Shown piece after piece: positions 28,018 through 42,395 of a stretch of 64,000 bases of DNA. Origin of the DNA: Octopus sinensis (Eukaryota); the NCBI RefSeq assembly GCF_006345805.1, contig NC_043022.1:10292001-10356000 (forward strand). The letters are read 5' to 3'. Numbering within the stretch: position 1 is the first letter of the stretch; every line of letters begins with the position of its first letter. The position numbers and the translations under genes were made by a program. The notes beneath the pieces are model-generated. The model saw only the letters and a program-made list of their open reading frames with translations, did no database searches and was not told the DNA's origin.

Positions 28018-28400
28018 AAGCTGGCAGAGTCGTTACCTTCTGAGTTCAATTTCCGCCGAGGTCGACTTTGCCTTTCATCCTTTCGAGGTCGATAGATTAA
28101 GTACCAGTTGTGTACTGGGGTCGATCTAATCGACTGGCTCCCTCACCCGAAATTTCGGGCCTTGTGCCTAGAGGAGAAAAGCATATACAAGGCGCTGAGC
28201 TGGCAGAGTTGTTAACGCGTCGGGCAGAATGCTTAGTGGTATTTTTTTTTTCAGACTCTTTACGTTCTGAGTTCAAATTCCACCGAAGTCCACTTTGCCT
28301 TTTGTCTTTTGGGGTTCAATAAAATAAGTACCAGTAGAGCACTGGGACCGATGTAATCGACTACCCTGATCTTCTAAAATTTCAGACCCCCTGCCAATAG
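28018..28400 (+). mobile_element. Two adjacent SINE-B copies
   Basis: Two ttctgagttcaa(a)ttcc motifs at about 28038 and 28266. Confidence 0.85.
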
Positions 28401-28475
28401 CAGAAAGGGTTGTTATTGATAAGTCTTAGCCATGTAAGTAGTATTAGTGGTCATATCTCAATATTGGTGACAATC

Positions 28476-28704
28476 GTGGTGGTGGTGGTGGTGGTGGTGG
28501 TGGTGGTAATAATGGTGTTAGTAACGGTGGTAGTATGAAGGACGTTAGTGGTATTACTGGCCATACCATACCAGTTACGATGGTATTAAAGGAGGGAATA
28601 TTAGCCGTGGTGGATCTGTCGCTGTTCATGGTGTCAGTGCTGGCAGCAGCACTAGTAGTGGTAGCAGTAGCAGCCGCAGCAGCTGCAGTAGTGATACCAG
28701 CAAC

Positions 28705-28742
<38 letters not shown>

Positions 28743-28995
28743 TGGTTGTGGTGGTGGTGGTGGTAGCAGTAGTAGTAGTGGTTGTGGTGGTGGTGGTGGT
28801 AGTAGCAGTAGTAGTAGTAGCAGCAGCAGAAGTAGGAGTAGTAGTAGTAGTAGCAGCAGCAGTAGTAGTGGTGGTGGTGGTGGTAGTAATAGTAGTAGCA
28901 GTTGTAGTAGTAGTGGTGGTGGTGGTAGTAGTAGTAGTAGTAATAGTAGGGAGGTACTTCTACTACTACTACTACTAAAGGTGGTGGTGGCGGTG
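28476..28995. repeat. (GTG)n/(GTA)n/(GCA)n trinucleotide field
   Basis: Read directly. Gives spurious poly-V and poly-Y ORFs. Confidence 0.95.
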
Positions 28996-29333
28996 ACTGT
29001 AGTAGACGTATATTACTGTTATGTAACTTGCCGGTGCGCGTGGGTTCTGCCCTCACATGTAACAAGAAATCCCATTGTTACGTTTTTATTGTTGACCGAG
29101 TGTTGGGTGTTTAGGGTGACGGGTTTGGAAGGGGAGCTCGTTAACTGGGCATCGTTAATTAGCTGTTAATGACATCTTATATCTATCGGTGACATTCGCT
29201 CTGTTTACTCCTCTCTCTCCTCTCTCTCTCTCTCTCATCTCTCTTCTCTCCATCTATCCCTGATTGTGTTTCTGCACACACACACACATACACACACCTA
29301 TATATACACATATATACACACGTGTTTGCCTTT

Positions 29334-29383
<50 letters not shown>

Positions 29384-29605
29384 CATGTATGTCTATATAA
29401 TATATATTCATGTATATATGCATGTATCTATGTATACATGTATATATATTATATTATGTATATATGTATGTATGTATATGTATATATATATATATATATG
29501 TATATAGAGAGTGAGAGAGAGATGAGAAAGAAAGAGAAAGAGGGAGCGAGAGAGAGAGAATGTCAGAAGGAGAGAGAAAGAAGCGAGTAGAGACTGGCAA
29601 TGAAA

Positions 29606-29647
<42 letters not shown>

Positions 29648-30057
29648 ATGGGATTACGATGAAGCGAGAGAGAAAAAAACGGTACAGAAAGTGAGAGTGG
29701 GAAAGAGATAGAGGACGAGAGAAAGTGAGAGAGAGAGAGAGAGAGGGAGAGAGAACGGGGATGCTGAAAGGTGCAGAAAGAATGTATGACAGATGTGGCG
29801 AGATTTAGAGTGAAATCTGAGGATGGCGATGTGCAGCAGAGAAGCAGTTGCAAGTGAACTGACGTCCTTAGAAGGACACGAACGAGAAAGTCAGTCTGAA
29901 TGTCATTGTGATTTGCAGATACATTATGATGGATCTTGCATATGCACGCACACACACACGCACACATACACACACATACACACACTCACATAGACAGATA
30001 TATATGTCTGTGTATTTGTGTGTGTGCGTGTATGTATGTACACAGACGTGTGTGTGT

Positions 30058-30114
<57 letters not shown>

Positions 30115-30196
30115 TTACACACACACACAATACGTATGTGTATATGTATATGCTTACACACATATATAAAAACATATGTACGTTTAAGTGTGTGTA

Positions 30197-30229
<33 letters not shown>

Positions 30230-30272
30230 ATATATATACATACACACACACACATACACACACACATAATAT

Positions 30273-30310
<38 letters not shown>

Positions 30311-31403
30311 CTACACGTGTATGTATTTGCACAAATGTACATACATTCACAAATGCATAGACTCATATCAAGCGCACATACATACACATATACATATATA
30401 CATAGATACACACATATATACATACATACATATATAAATACATGCACGCACACAGGTGTGTGTGGGTGGGTGTGAGAGAGAGAGAGTGTGTGTGTGTGTT
30501 TGTGTGTGTTGGCCCATATAGCACGTATGCACATCTGACATACACACTCACACATACATTATACAGAATTGAGGACGAACAGCCAAGGTTTCAATGACAA
30601 TGATATTGTAGACGACCCAGAGAAAAGAGTCTCTAAATATGGACAGAGTCCAGGATTCAGAGCCCAGATTCCAGAGTCCAGGATCCGGGGTCTTGGACCC
30701 ATGTTCCAAAAGGAGCTGTGTTACTAAGCTCTTTGTTTCCTTTGCAGAGAACGGACCATGGCGTAGTTATACCTTGTCAAAAGCGGAATAGGGTTTAACG
30801 AAGCTTCAAAGGAACAATTGCAGGTCACTCGGCGTACAACAATATTGCATTAATTGACAGAGGTAAATCTCACGTTAATCCTACGAGATTATCTATCCAT
30901 ATATCATGGACTGAGGCGTAATGGCAGTCAGTAATGATGCGTGAATCCTCCGCTTGTCGACTAAAAATGCCAATTTATGGACCAAGGCAAAATAACGGTA
31001 GCTATGAGTATTATTGGAAGTGATATCAACCCCAATCGTATTTTCATCTTTAAGGAGCCTCATTAACGGTGATGAGCAAAGAGATTCTGAAAAACGACAT
31101 TTGGTTGTGAGGGGTCGATACAGACTTCCAATTTTTTTACGAACCCCTCAAAACTACAGAGCTATTTCGAACGCCTGTTCTATAAAGAGCGCAGAAACTA
31201 GAGCCATGAAACTGACAGAGCATTATACTTGTGGCATGGAAATCCATTCAAATGATTTCTGCTCCGTGGACTTAAAATACAAAAGACAACCCGTTCTTGC
31301 AGCAACACCGACCAAACTGTTGGACTTGGCGGAGGAGTTCGCCTAGTCTTCGGGTCCAGGAACTGGCCGGGAAAACGAGGGGTACCATAATTTTTACCTT
31401 CTA

Positions 31404-31795
31404 CTCGTTTCAGTCACTAGACCGCGGCCATGCTGGGGCATCGCCTTGAAGGATTATTAGTCGAATGAATCGATCCCGGCACTAATTTTTTTCAAGCTTG
31501 GTACTTATTCTATCGGTATCTTTTGCCAAACCGCTAAGTTACAGGAACATAAACACACCAACACCGGTTGTCAAGCGGTGGTGGCACACACTCACACACA
31601 CACACACACACACACATTCACATATATGTCTGTATATGTATATATTTACGACGGGCTTCTTTTAGTTTCCGTCGACCAAATCCACGCACAAGATATTGGT
31701 CGGGCCGAGGCTGTAGTAGAAGACACTTGCCCAAGGTGCCACGCAGTGAAACCGAACCCAGAACAATGTGACTGAGTAGCAAACTTCTTACCACA
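31404..31795 (-). mobile_element. SINE family A variant, diverged
   Basis: Same layout as the other A copies. Confidence 0.85.
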
Positions 31796-31990
31796 CGAAG
31801 TTGACTTCGATAGGATTTGAACCTAGACCGCAAGGAAGCAAAATAAATACCTCAATATAATTTATATGTTTCTCTACCGGTTGCGTCAGTCATTAGACCC
31901 GCTACTAAATGATTCTAACATCAGGACAAATATGGAATTTTTGAGAACTGGCGCAATGAATAAATAAATAAATAAACTTTGTAAATGTAA

Positions 31991-32470
31991 AAGGCGCAGG
32001 CATGGCTGTGTGACAAGGGAATTGCTTCATAACCACATGGTTCCGGGTTCAGTCCCACTGCGTGGCACCTTGGGCAAGTGTCGACCAAAACCTTATGAAC
32101 TGAGATGGAAACTGGAAGATGGAAACTGGAAGAAGCCTATCGTGTATATATATATGTGGGTGGATGTGTGTGTCTGTGTATACATACATACATACATACA
32201 TACATACATACATACGTACGTACGTGTGTGCCTTTGTGTGTCTGTAGCTGTGTTTGTTCCCCCACCACCACCACTTGACAACCGCTTGGTGTGTTTATAT
32301 CCCCATAACATAGAGGTTCTGCAAAAGAGACCAATAGAATAAGTACCCGGATTCAAAAAGAAAAAAAAAGTTCTGGAGTCGAATCATTCGACTAAAAATT
32401 CTTCACGGCTGTGCTCCAGCATGGCCGCAGGAGGGGGTAAGTCGACTGAAATAAGTATAAGATAAAAGAA
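31991..32470 (+). mobile_element. SINE family A variant, diverged
   Basis: aaaggcgcagggcatggctgtgtg head to ctccagcatggccgcag tail. Confidence 0.85.
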
Positions 32471-32939
32471 AAACGACCCCTTAAATGTAGAGGGAGCCGG
32501 TGATTTTAAAACTGGAACTGAATCCCAACAAGGTCATGGTACCCCTTTCATACGTGTGTTTGACTTGAGTGGAGTAAAATCTCGCCCCAGGGGTTCGCGG
32601 CTTCTTTTGCCCATCCTAGGAAATAAAACCTCAGTTGCTGTTAAGAAGACGAGAAAACACCTTCGTAACAAATGCTTGCACATTCAACGTAAATGAAAGC
32701 ACGGCAGTAAACCCTACCCGAAGTGTAAAATCGATATAAAATGCTTCACCCTGCTGACGTCATCCAGAGTATTTCGGGTGCACTGCGTGCGTGCGGGTAC
32801 ATAATAGAAACAGTTCTGTTATCGATTGTGATGGTTTTAAAAATAGCTCACAGCAGCTTTCAATTTGACGGTCGATTCTCAGCAACAATGACGGCAACAA
32901 TAACGACAATAACAACAATGATAATAATGGTTTCATGTT

Positions 32940-33090
32940 TTGACACAAGGCCAGTAATTTTAGTGGGCGTGGGTGGAGTCGATTACATCGACCCCAGTGT
33001 TCTACTCGTACTTATTTTATCAACCCCGAAAGAATGAAAGGCAAAGTTGACCTCGGCGGTATTTGAATTCGGAATATAAGGAGCCGGAAA
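32940..33090 (-). mobile_element. SINE family B
   Basis: Reverse-complement match. Confidence 0.8.
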
Positions 33091-33153
33091 CAACAATTTT
33101 TTAATAAGATTTTATAGTTTGCTTGAAGCATTGTATATGGAATATAATGTTGG

Positions 33154-33451
33154 AAGATTTAAAAAGCCAAACAATTCAAATAGATTTTAAGATGAGGTAA
33201 GGTAAACTAAAAGTAAGTTACCTGGTAATCTTTGATCGTATATTTGTATCCAATATTTCGGGACATACAAGTCCCTTCTTCAGGGTTAAAAAGGAACTGT
33301 CCTTGGAAAGATGTTTTTTGTCGGAGATCTCCTTTTTAACCCTGAAGAAGGGACTTGTATGTCCTGAAATATTGGATAACCGCGTAACTTACTTGTAGTT
33401 TTCGTTACCTCATCTTAAAATCTATTTGCAATGTTTGGCCTTTTAAATCTT
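33154..33451. repeat. Foldback element with a hammerhead-like core in each arm
   Basis: Inner arms 33247-33295 and 33329-33378 are near-perfect inverted copies. Outer arms are more diverged. Confidence 0.9.
33338..33378 (+). ncRNA. Minimal type I hammerhead-like motif
   Basis: aacc-CUGAAGA-A-GGGAC-uuguau-GUCCU-GAAA-UAUU-GGaua. The antisense copy at 33247-33287 has a perfect GGGAC/GUCCC stem II. Confidence 0.65.
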
Positions 33452-33574
33452 TTAACAACTTTTTACTTTCAGCTATAGTTACAAAGCTGGACATTTTATG
33501 GGGGGGGGGGGCTAGTCGATTCTGCCAGCTTGCTGGCCCCAAAAGGGCAACTATAATAACAATCCTTCGTACTT

Positions 33575-33975
33575 TAGGCACATGGATTGAAATTTGGGGG
33601 GAGTGGGGTAAGTCGATTACATCGACCTCGGTGCTCAACTAATACTTATTTTATCGATTCCGAAAGGATGAAACGCTACGTGGACTCGGTAGAATTTGAA
33701 CTCAAAACTCCAAGACGGACGAAATGCTGAACACAGCGGCTAAGTATTCTGCTCGGCGTGCTAACGATTCTGCCAGCTCGCCGCCGTTGTAAGTGTAACA
33801 TAACAACAATAGTTTCTTACAAGGCCACCGACTCTGCGGGGGTGGAGGGTTAATCGATTGAGATCAATCCTGCTGTTCCCAAACCTCGTCGATACTTGGT
33901 CTGGGGACTTTATTTTACCGACATGCAAAAAAGTTAAAGAAAGTCAACCTCGGCGTGATTCGAACTCAGAAAGTT
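33575..33975 (-). mobile_element. Two SINE-B copies, diverged
   Basis: gaatttgaactcaaaa..ctgccagctcgccgcc, plus a second partial copy at about 33850-33975. Confidence 0.8.
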
Positions 33976-34307
33976 TAGGAGACCCACCTAAATAAATACA
34001 ATGTATTTTCTCTCACGACTTCCGATTCTGTACCCTTCACAGCAGCAGCAGCAACAACTATCCTTTCTTTGTACGCCCAATACAAAACGAGACATGTAAA
34101 AAAAAGATTTAGATGTAGGTGTGTGTGTGTATTAGGTGACAGAGTACGACATGAAAAGCCCTCCAATTCAATACAGGCATTTCCTTTGTTAGTTACCATC
34201 AGGGTTTGAACTGGTGCACAACGTGTCCTCTTGCTATTGAAACTTTTATCATACTGTAAAATGTATGAAGTATTTTGGCTGCCGCACCCTGTGCGCGCGA
34301 CCGTGGT

Positions 34308-34370
<63 letters not shown>

Positions 34371-34466
34371 TGTGTGTGTATATATATATATGTATGTATG
34401 TATGTGTGTGTATATATATGTATGTATGTATGTGTGTGTATATATATATATGTATGTATGTATGTG

Positions 34467-34497
<31 letters not shown>

Positions 34498-34646
34498 GTG
34501 TATATATATGTATGTATGTGTATATATATGTATGTATGTATGTGTATATATATGTATGTATGTATCTGTGTATACACACACACATATATGTTTACGAGTG
34601 AATGAAGAAACGACAGAAGTTACAAGTATGGATCAAAACAGTTTTA

Positions 34647-34709
<63 letters not shown>

Positions 34710-35256
34710 GGTGCAGGAGTCGTTGTGTGGTAATATGCTTGCTTCCCAACCACATGGTTCCAATTCAGTCTCACTACGTAGCATCTTCTTCAATGGGCTC
34801 GGATCGACCAAAGCCTTGTGAATGGATACGGTAGAGGTAAACTGAAAAAGGTATGCAAAGAATCGATCAAATCACAGTAAGATCCCTGCCTGGTGCGTGG
34901 CTATCGACAAAAACCGTGGCTAATGTTATGATGTAACCTAACCGTCATTCAGAAAACCCAGGAATTGTAATGGTGGAGAGTATGTATAAAAATTGATCAG
35001 AAAAGGAAAGTGAAGTGAGAGAATATATATTTATGTATTTATGACGCTTATCTAACAAACACAGATTACGAAACAGCTGTCAACTCATTCTGTAATAGAC
35101 ATCTGTTCTCTCCCTTCACTTCTTTTATCAGGTTAATTTATATATATGTGTGTATGCGCGTGAGTGTATGAGAGAGAGAGGGAGAAAGAGAGTGTGTGCG
35201 TGTGTGTATGAGAGAGAGATAGTGTATGTGTGTGCCTGTCTGTCTGTATACATACT

Positions 35257-35512
35257 ACTGGCATTCCGTCGGTTACGACGACGAATGAGATTAACCAGTA
35301 AGTGACTGAGCATACCACAGACACAGCGTGACTCTAAATGTGGCAAGGCTGGCCTTTTGACTTACATGTACAACTCACTTTTATCAACTGAGTGGACTGG
35401 AGCAACGTGAAATAAAGTATCTTGTTCAAGAACTCAACGCACCACCGCAAATCGAACTCGCGGCTGTACAGTCGTGAGTCGGATACCCCTAACCAGTAAA
35501 CCACGCGCCTTC
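35257..35512 (-). mobile_element. SINE family F, internally deleted
   Basis: Tail ggcattccgtcggttacgacgacg and head aaccacgcgccttc. Confidence 0.75.
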
Positions 35513-37341
35513 ACGATATGTGTGGATGTATGTAGATGTATAGATGTATGCATATATGTATGTATACGTAAATGTCGAACAATGAGTGTCCAACACTGCA
35601 TCAGTGGATAAAGTTTCATTATTTGTGCATTAAAGCTACCATTGGTTTCATGCTTAAGAAAATCTTAACAATTTTTCAAGCCGATCGCATGGAGAAATTG
35701 GTGTTCGTCTCCGTTTTGGATTAAAACACGAAAAAACACGGGAGTTCACTATAAAGTCTCGCGAGAATCTTTGGTAAATAAAACAAGACAAGGGGGACGA
35801 CTCTTGGGTAACAACTTACGGGTGATTATTTCCCTTGGTTTTAACTTTTGGGCAAAAATGTGTTGAATAAGTTTGTTTATATTATATCCTGGGTTTGTGC
35901 AATATTCGTATGTTTGTGTTTTGATGGAGTTCCTCATGAGGATGTTATCTTCTATGTGCGGAATTCATCTGATATAACTATTTAATGTTCACGTTCACAG
36001 AAATATTCTGTTAGGATTGACTGATATAACATAATATAAGGAAAAGCAGAATGAACAAAAGAAAAACAACAACAAAAATAATGTTTGACGAAATAAAACG
36101 GACAGGAAGTAAGAGAGGAAGAATGAGGTCAAATATACGGGAGTGAGAGTCGAAATGAAGAAAGCCAGAGGGGGAAGAAAAGGTGGGGAGATAGGAGCAA
36201 ATGGTTGCTTTTCATTAAAGGGAAAGATTTGTTGTCATAGATATTCATCTGGGATGGGTAAACGCAGACAGTAGATGACCCCGAAGTATTGAATTCTTAG
36301 CGGATATTTAGCGCTTGTATGTTAGCTACACACGCGTACACACGCGCGCACATTTCACATCCATAGCATCAACAATAAGTACACACGTGCGCGGACGTAC
36401 GTACACGGGGTGTAAGCGCAACCACAAGTTTACTTACCATCACGCCAGCGGGCATGTACAGCGTGTAGACACCTGTTTGAATGTAGGTATATATACAAGA
36501 AATAGGCGTGAGTGCCCAAAGGTTCTCGCACGCACCAATAGGCACAAGACTCAACATGTATAGACACGCGCTTCTACATATATACATACGCATGTACCCA
36601 CACGTACAAAGTGTAGGTGAGTGAGTATATACGCGTCTCTCCAGCCCACTCAGTTGCAAAATACAACAGACTTGTGTTCTGTTCTGTTCAGGGGGAATAT
36701 TGACCTGTCCGCTTGGGCAATAGGGTGGCGATCCGAAAGCCGCAGTATTGTGACCAGCGGTGTACAACAACAATAGTTTGGTCGATACAGTGATACTGTG
36801 ATATGTATGCACACACACACACACATTTATCCATCCATCTAACCATCCATCCATCTATCTATTTGCATATATATATGTGTGTGTTCGTGTGTCTGTGCGC
36901 GCGCGCGCGTTTGTATACATGTAGACACATATAAACACACATATCTATTCGTCCATCCATACATTTATCTATCTATCTAAATATATATGTGTGTGTGTGT
37001 GTGTGTGTATGCATATACACATACATACAGACAGACACACATCTGTTCATGCATGCATCTATCTACCTTTATCCATATCTATTTGTATGTGTGTCTACGT
37101 GTGTGTGTGTAGATAGATTTTTAAAATGTGTTAACCTCATAAAGGGATGGTTACGTCCAACGGAATACTAGTTCGATACCTAGTATTATTGAGGAATGAA
37201 ATTACCATAAAACAATTGATATAATCCATTCATTCACAAATTGGTCATCTTTTCTTCTTACAGCCGTTTCCATTAATACTCAATAATTGAATTACAAATT
37301 TGTGCATTAAATTTGATGAAATTATTACTCGTAGCATATTA

Positions 37342-37373
<32 letters not shown>

Positions 37374-38289
37374 CAGCCGAAATTGCGAGGATGATCCGGT
37401 TCTTGACTGAAGATTAGAGGCTTCGAATGACCCGTCCGTTTTTTGTATCGTCTATTTGAATGTTTTGCGTTCTTGTCCCATTTGGTATTTTTATATATAT
37501 ATTTTTATACATGTATATATATATATATATATCATCTATAAAAATATAAATCCGAAAAAAGAAGCACGCTCTAAGTTATTGAGCCCTGCGGAGGGCTCTT
37601 GATTGGGCCTTGGGCCCAACAACGACACTTCATGCATTGAGAACCTATTAAATTTGAACTATATTTTTCAAACAGTTAAGTATTGTATTAATATTTAAGC
37701 TTGCCTTTTTAAAAGGAGGGGAAAGAGAGAAAAAGATTTAAAGAGATCGACTGAATGGACGAAGGGAGTGGATAGAGAATAATAATTAATTATATACAAG
37801 TTATGCATAGCTGAACACACAAGAATCCTAAAAGACTCGCTCGAACCAAGGGCCATACTTAACTCCAGAACGTGATAAAACTCGGAGTTTCGGATGTCAG
37901 TTTGGAAATCTACGTTGCCATCTCTTCGGTTATCCGGCCATGGGAAAAAATGCGATGAAAATGACCGTTAAACAAAGGGAAACTACTGTGTGATTGACCG
38001 TTACAAAAGAGCTATTTGAATGACCGCTAAGTGAGGGGAGGGAGTAAAAGCAAGGGCTAAAAATGTTCATAGTATTTGTGTAAGCGCGCATGTCCATACC
38101 TACACATGCGCGCCTGCACACCCACGTACATGCGCCTATAAGTATACACTTATCCACCGCTAGAATAAGTACTATGCTTACAAAAAATAAATCCTGGGGT
38201 CGATTTCTTCGACTAAAGGCGGTGCTCCAGTATGGCTGCAGTCACATGACTGAAACAAGTAAATCAATAAAGAACTATGCCATTTTAAT

Positions 38290-38316
38290 CCCGAACAACG
38301 CCGGGTATCTCTGCTA
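38290..38316 (+). mobile_element. Helitron-like 3' end
   Basis: cccgaacaacgccgggtatctctgCTAG|T, similar to 12920-12948. Confidence 0.55.
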
Positions 38317-38782
38317 GTTCATATATATATATTTATGCACACACACATGCACATACACGATGATAAGAAAGGCAGATTTTCCCGCCCTAGAAGGTTAATG
38401 TGCAAATATGGCCAGTAATGCTGTCCAACATCGGAAAATCATTATTTTATATGTCAAACTTGCATGTAAAAGACGTTAATCACCCTTAAACTAATGGAAG
38501 ATTGGAATTTAAAAAGCGAAACCTATTCTTTGTTCTAAAAAAATCACAAAAGAAACAAAATAGGTAAATAAAGAATAAAGAACAAGAGAAAAAGTCTCCC
38601 CCACCAAGGTTTTATAAAATGTGGTTAATTTATGGCTGAATTCTAATAGATATGCTGGGAACCGTGTATTTTGTCAGTGAAAATGTCGTAGATATTTGTG
38701 TCTGAAGTAAATTGCCACTTTAATAGACAAATATCAAACACGCTCAGATACGCACACATACGTATATATTCAATTTATATAT

Positions 38783-39056
38783 CGTGGCACTCCGTTGGTT
38801 TCGACGACGAGGGTTCCAGTTGATCCGATCAACGGAATGGCCTGCTCGTGAAATTAACGTGCAAGTTTTCGGAGAGATTCAGCGTGACCCAGAGTGTGAC
38901 AAGGCCGGCCCTTTGAAATACTGGTACAACAGAAACAAACTCCACTTCGTGGAGTTTTAGCTCAATAAGCACTCACAACGTCCGGTCTGGGAATCGACGC
39001 CGCTTTCCTACGACCGCGAGTCTGCTGCCCTAACCACTGGGCCATTGCGCCTCTAC
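38783..39056 (-). mobile_element. SINE-F tail fragment plus D-type head fragment
   Basis: ggcactccgttggtttcgacgacgagggttcc..., and ccgcgagtctgctgccctaaccactgggccattgcgcc. Confidence 0.75.
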
Positions 39057-39078
39057 TCAATTTATAGACACACATACG

Positions 39079-39135
<57 letters not shown>

Positions 39136-40304
39136 ACGCAAACACACGACGGACTTCTTGCAGTTTCTGTCTACCAAATTCACACACAAAGCTTTGATCG
39201 GCCCCAGGCTATATTGCAAGACACTTGTAATGTATGTATGTATGTATGTACGTATGTATGTATGTATGTATGTATGTATGTATGTATGTATGTACGTATG
39301 TATGTATGTATGTACGTATGTATGTATGTATGTACGTATGTATGTATGTATGTATGTACGTATGTATGTATGTATGTACGTATGTATGTATGTATGTATG
39401 TACGTATGTATGTATGTATGTATGTATGTATGTATGTATGAGAGGTATTGTTAGCGAAGTTAGACGGGTGATAATGGTGTCTTAATGTAACTAATATTTT
39501 TTCCGTTCTTTTTTTCCCTTTCAGTCTTGGTTCAAATGGTGCGTGATTGTGCGTCTGCTGTTGAAGGTCTTATCAAAAATGCTAAGTTTCAGGTTTTTGC
39601 TGCATGCATACATACATACATACATACATACATACATACATACATACATACATACATACATACATACATACATACATACATACATACAGACAGACAGACA
39701 GACACAGACAGACAGACAGACAAACAGGCAGGCACGTATATGTATACACGCACACACACACACATTTGTATACATACACACATACATAAGTGTACTTAAT
39801 TAACGTGCGGTGTAAAAACATGTGAAGCATTAATAAAGCTTATGAGTTTCCATCTGCAAGTTATTATTGTTATTATTATATTTATCCAAAGTTGAAAGGA
39901 GTTCCCCGTTGTATGACCTTACCATCGGATTACCCTGGAAGATGGAATTAACAACTGGAAGCCGACAAAGACAAGCATATGGGCTTTAAGAGTGCGTTAT
40001 GGGGCTTTTGACCAAAGCAAACTAAACGGATACATACATACATACACATACACACACACACATACATACATACATACATACATACATACATACATACATA
40101 CATACATACATACATTATCTAAGAACACGTGATTTTGAAAAGATATTCGAAAGCGCTTACACACACTAGAAAGAAACTTCTCCCCAAAAAAGTCAGTGAT
40201 ATTTTAATAATCTTTAAAAAAAATATTTTTTTAATACTTAGTAAAACTGTATCAAGTCATTTTCACGAAGACTTTTATATATATATATATATATATAATA
40301 GAGA

Positions 40305-40339
<35 letters not shown>

Positions 40340-40378
40340 AGATGGATGGATGAACATAGATATATATATATACATGCA

Positions 40379-40412
<34 letters not shown>

Positions 40413-40694
40413 TATTTGATGGACTCTCCTGTCGAAGACGACGTTTGAGCGTTCAGCATTTTGCCGATCGACTTGCACAGATGATTTGTTTCTAGTGATC
40501 GAATGTGTGTGTTGCACATCAGCTGCCTCCTTCCCTCCATCAAATCAACGTTACCTGAACAGGTGCACGGGGAATCAAGCATCACGTGTAGAAGGGATCG
40601 CACAGCAACGTGCGATGAAGTGTTTTGCTGAAGAACACAATGCACCACCCAGTCTAGGAGTTGAAACCACGATCTCACGATTGTGAATACACAT

Positions 40695-41385
40695 ATACGA
40701 CTGGTTTCTTTTTTCCAGTTTCCGTCTACCAGATCCACTCACAACGCTCTGATCGGCCTGAGGTTATAATAGAATGCGCTTGCCCAAGGTTGTTCCTTCT
40801 CGAGCCAAACCTGGCTCATAGGGCTGGTTTACCGGTTTCTTGGCGTATAGCTTCCCCACCTGGACGGGACGCCGGTCCGTCGCAGGTGAGCTGCAAGATG
40901 CAGGAGGGAAGAGTGAGAGAAAGTTGTGGCGAAAGAGTCAGCAGAAGTTCGCCATTACCTTCTGCCGGATCCGCATGGAGCTTAGGTGTTTCGCTCATAA
41001 ACACACACATCGCCCGGTCTGAGATTCCAACCCGCGATCCCTCGACCGCGAGTCCGCTGCTCTAACCACTAGGCCATGTGCCTCCACAAATAAATGCGCC
41101 CATTTTAAAGCCTAGCCAGGCTCATGGGACCGATTTCAATGGCGTATGTGTTCCCCAGTTGGACGGGATGCCAGTCCATCGCAGCGTTACTCCAGCTAAG
41201 GGGACTGGAGCAACGTGAAATGAAGTGTTTTGCTCAGGAACACAACGCGTCACCCAGTCCAGGAATCGAAACCATAATCTTACGATCATGATGCTGACAC
41301 CCTAACCACTAAGCCAAGGTGTCACACAGTGGGACAGATCCCAGAACCATGTGGTTAGGAACAAGCTTCTTACCTCACAACCACT
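40695..41385 (-). mobile_element. SINE-A copy split by SINE D (40791-41087) plus SINE E (41088-41316)
   Basis: The A sequence resumes across the insert. CCAAGGT is duplicated at 40784-40790 and 41314-41320. Confidence 0.88.
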
Positions 41386-41875
41386 AATTTAGATAAACAA
41401 ATGGAGTATTGAGTGTGTGTGCGTGGGAGTGTTTGAATATGATTGTGTATGTGTGAGTGTGTGTGTATGAGTGTGTATGTATGTGTGTGTATGAATGTGT
41501 GTGTGAATGTATGTATGTGTGTGTTGTATGAGTGTATGTGTTTGTGTGGGGGAGTGTATGTCTACGTATGTATGCGTGTGCGTATGTGTGTGTGTGTGTG
41601 TGTGTGTGTGCAGGTGTGCTCCGTTTGACAAACTCCCTATCCACAAGACCCAAGGAACCCAAAATTGTGAACGGCATTTGGAACAGAGATAAGAAGTAGC
41701 GTCGTGAGATAAAGAAAGCTTTAGATATGATGAAAATTCACCGGAATCCCCTGCTGTCACTGACACCGGGTGAATCTAGATCTCTTGTTCACATGTCTTA
41801 TAATCACTAACGACATACAACTTACTGTTACACTCAAATAACTTGGGATTAAAACGTCATTTTATTTATTAAGTC

Positions 41876-41916
41876 ACTAGCACTATGACCCTGCAACGCC
41901 GGGTCACAGTGCTAGT
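41876..41916. repeat. 41-bp hairpin resembling a mirrored Helitron 3' end
   Basis: ACTAGCACTATGACCCTG-caacg-CCGGGTCACAGTGCTAGT. Second copy at 59401-59441. Confidence 0.8.
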
Positions 41917-42249
41917 GCATGCATATACAGCTGTGTGCGTGCGCACATACACGCGAGTACTGTCCAAATCTCCGACCAATCACATACAGCTAGCTGGCAT
42001 TCAATTGGCGTATCAAGTTTCGGGCATTTTGATTGGGTTTTGGATAGAAAATTCACAAAAAAGTCACTTCTATTGATTTTTTTTAATGGCTTTGCGGGGT
42101 GACTGGGGAAATGTGAAGATGTGCACGACCACCCTTGGGCGGTTTTGAATGACCATAGAAAGTGTGGGTCCTCTAACTGAAAAATTGTGGATTTGTATAA
42201 AGGACACGCACGCAGATATTTTGCCGTTTATATATATAGAGAGATTTTT

Positions 42250-42395
42250 TTTTACCTTTTATCTTGCTTGTTTCGGTCATTTGTCCGGAAATATTGTAGA
42301 AAACACATGGCCGAGATGCCGTGCAGTGGAACTGAACAAAGGACGACATTGTTGGAGCGCAAGCTTCCGAATCACACAGCCACACCTCTGCCTTT
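42250..42395 (-). mobile_element. SINE-A 5' fragment, diverged
   Basis: gatgccgtgcagtggaactgaac...cacacagccacacctctgcc. Confidence 0.7.

Noticed and set aside
28535-29065. Poly-Val and poly-Tyr/His ORFs
   Set aside because: Trinucleotide microsatellite field with no splice or domain support.
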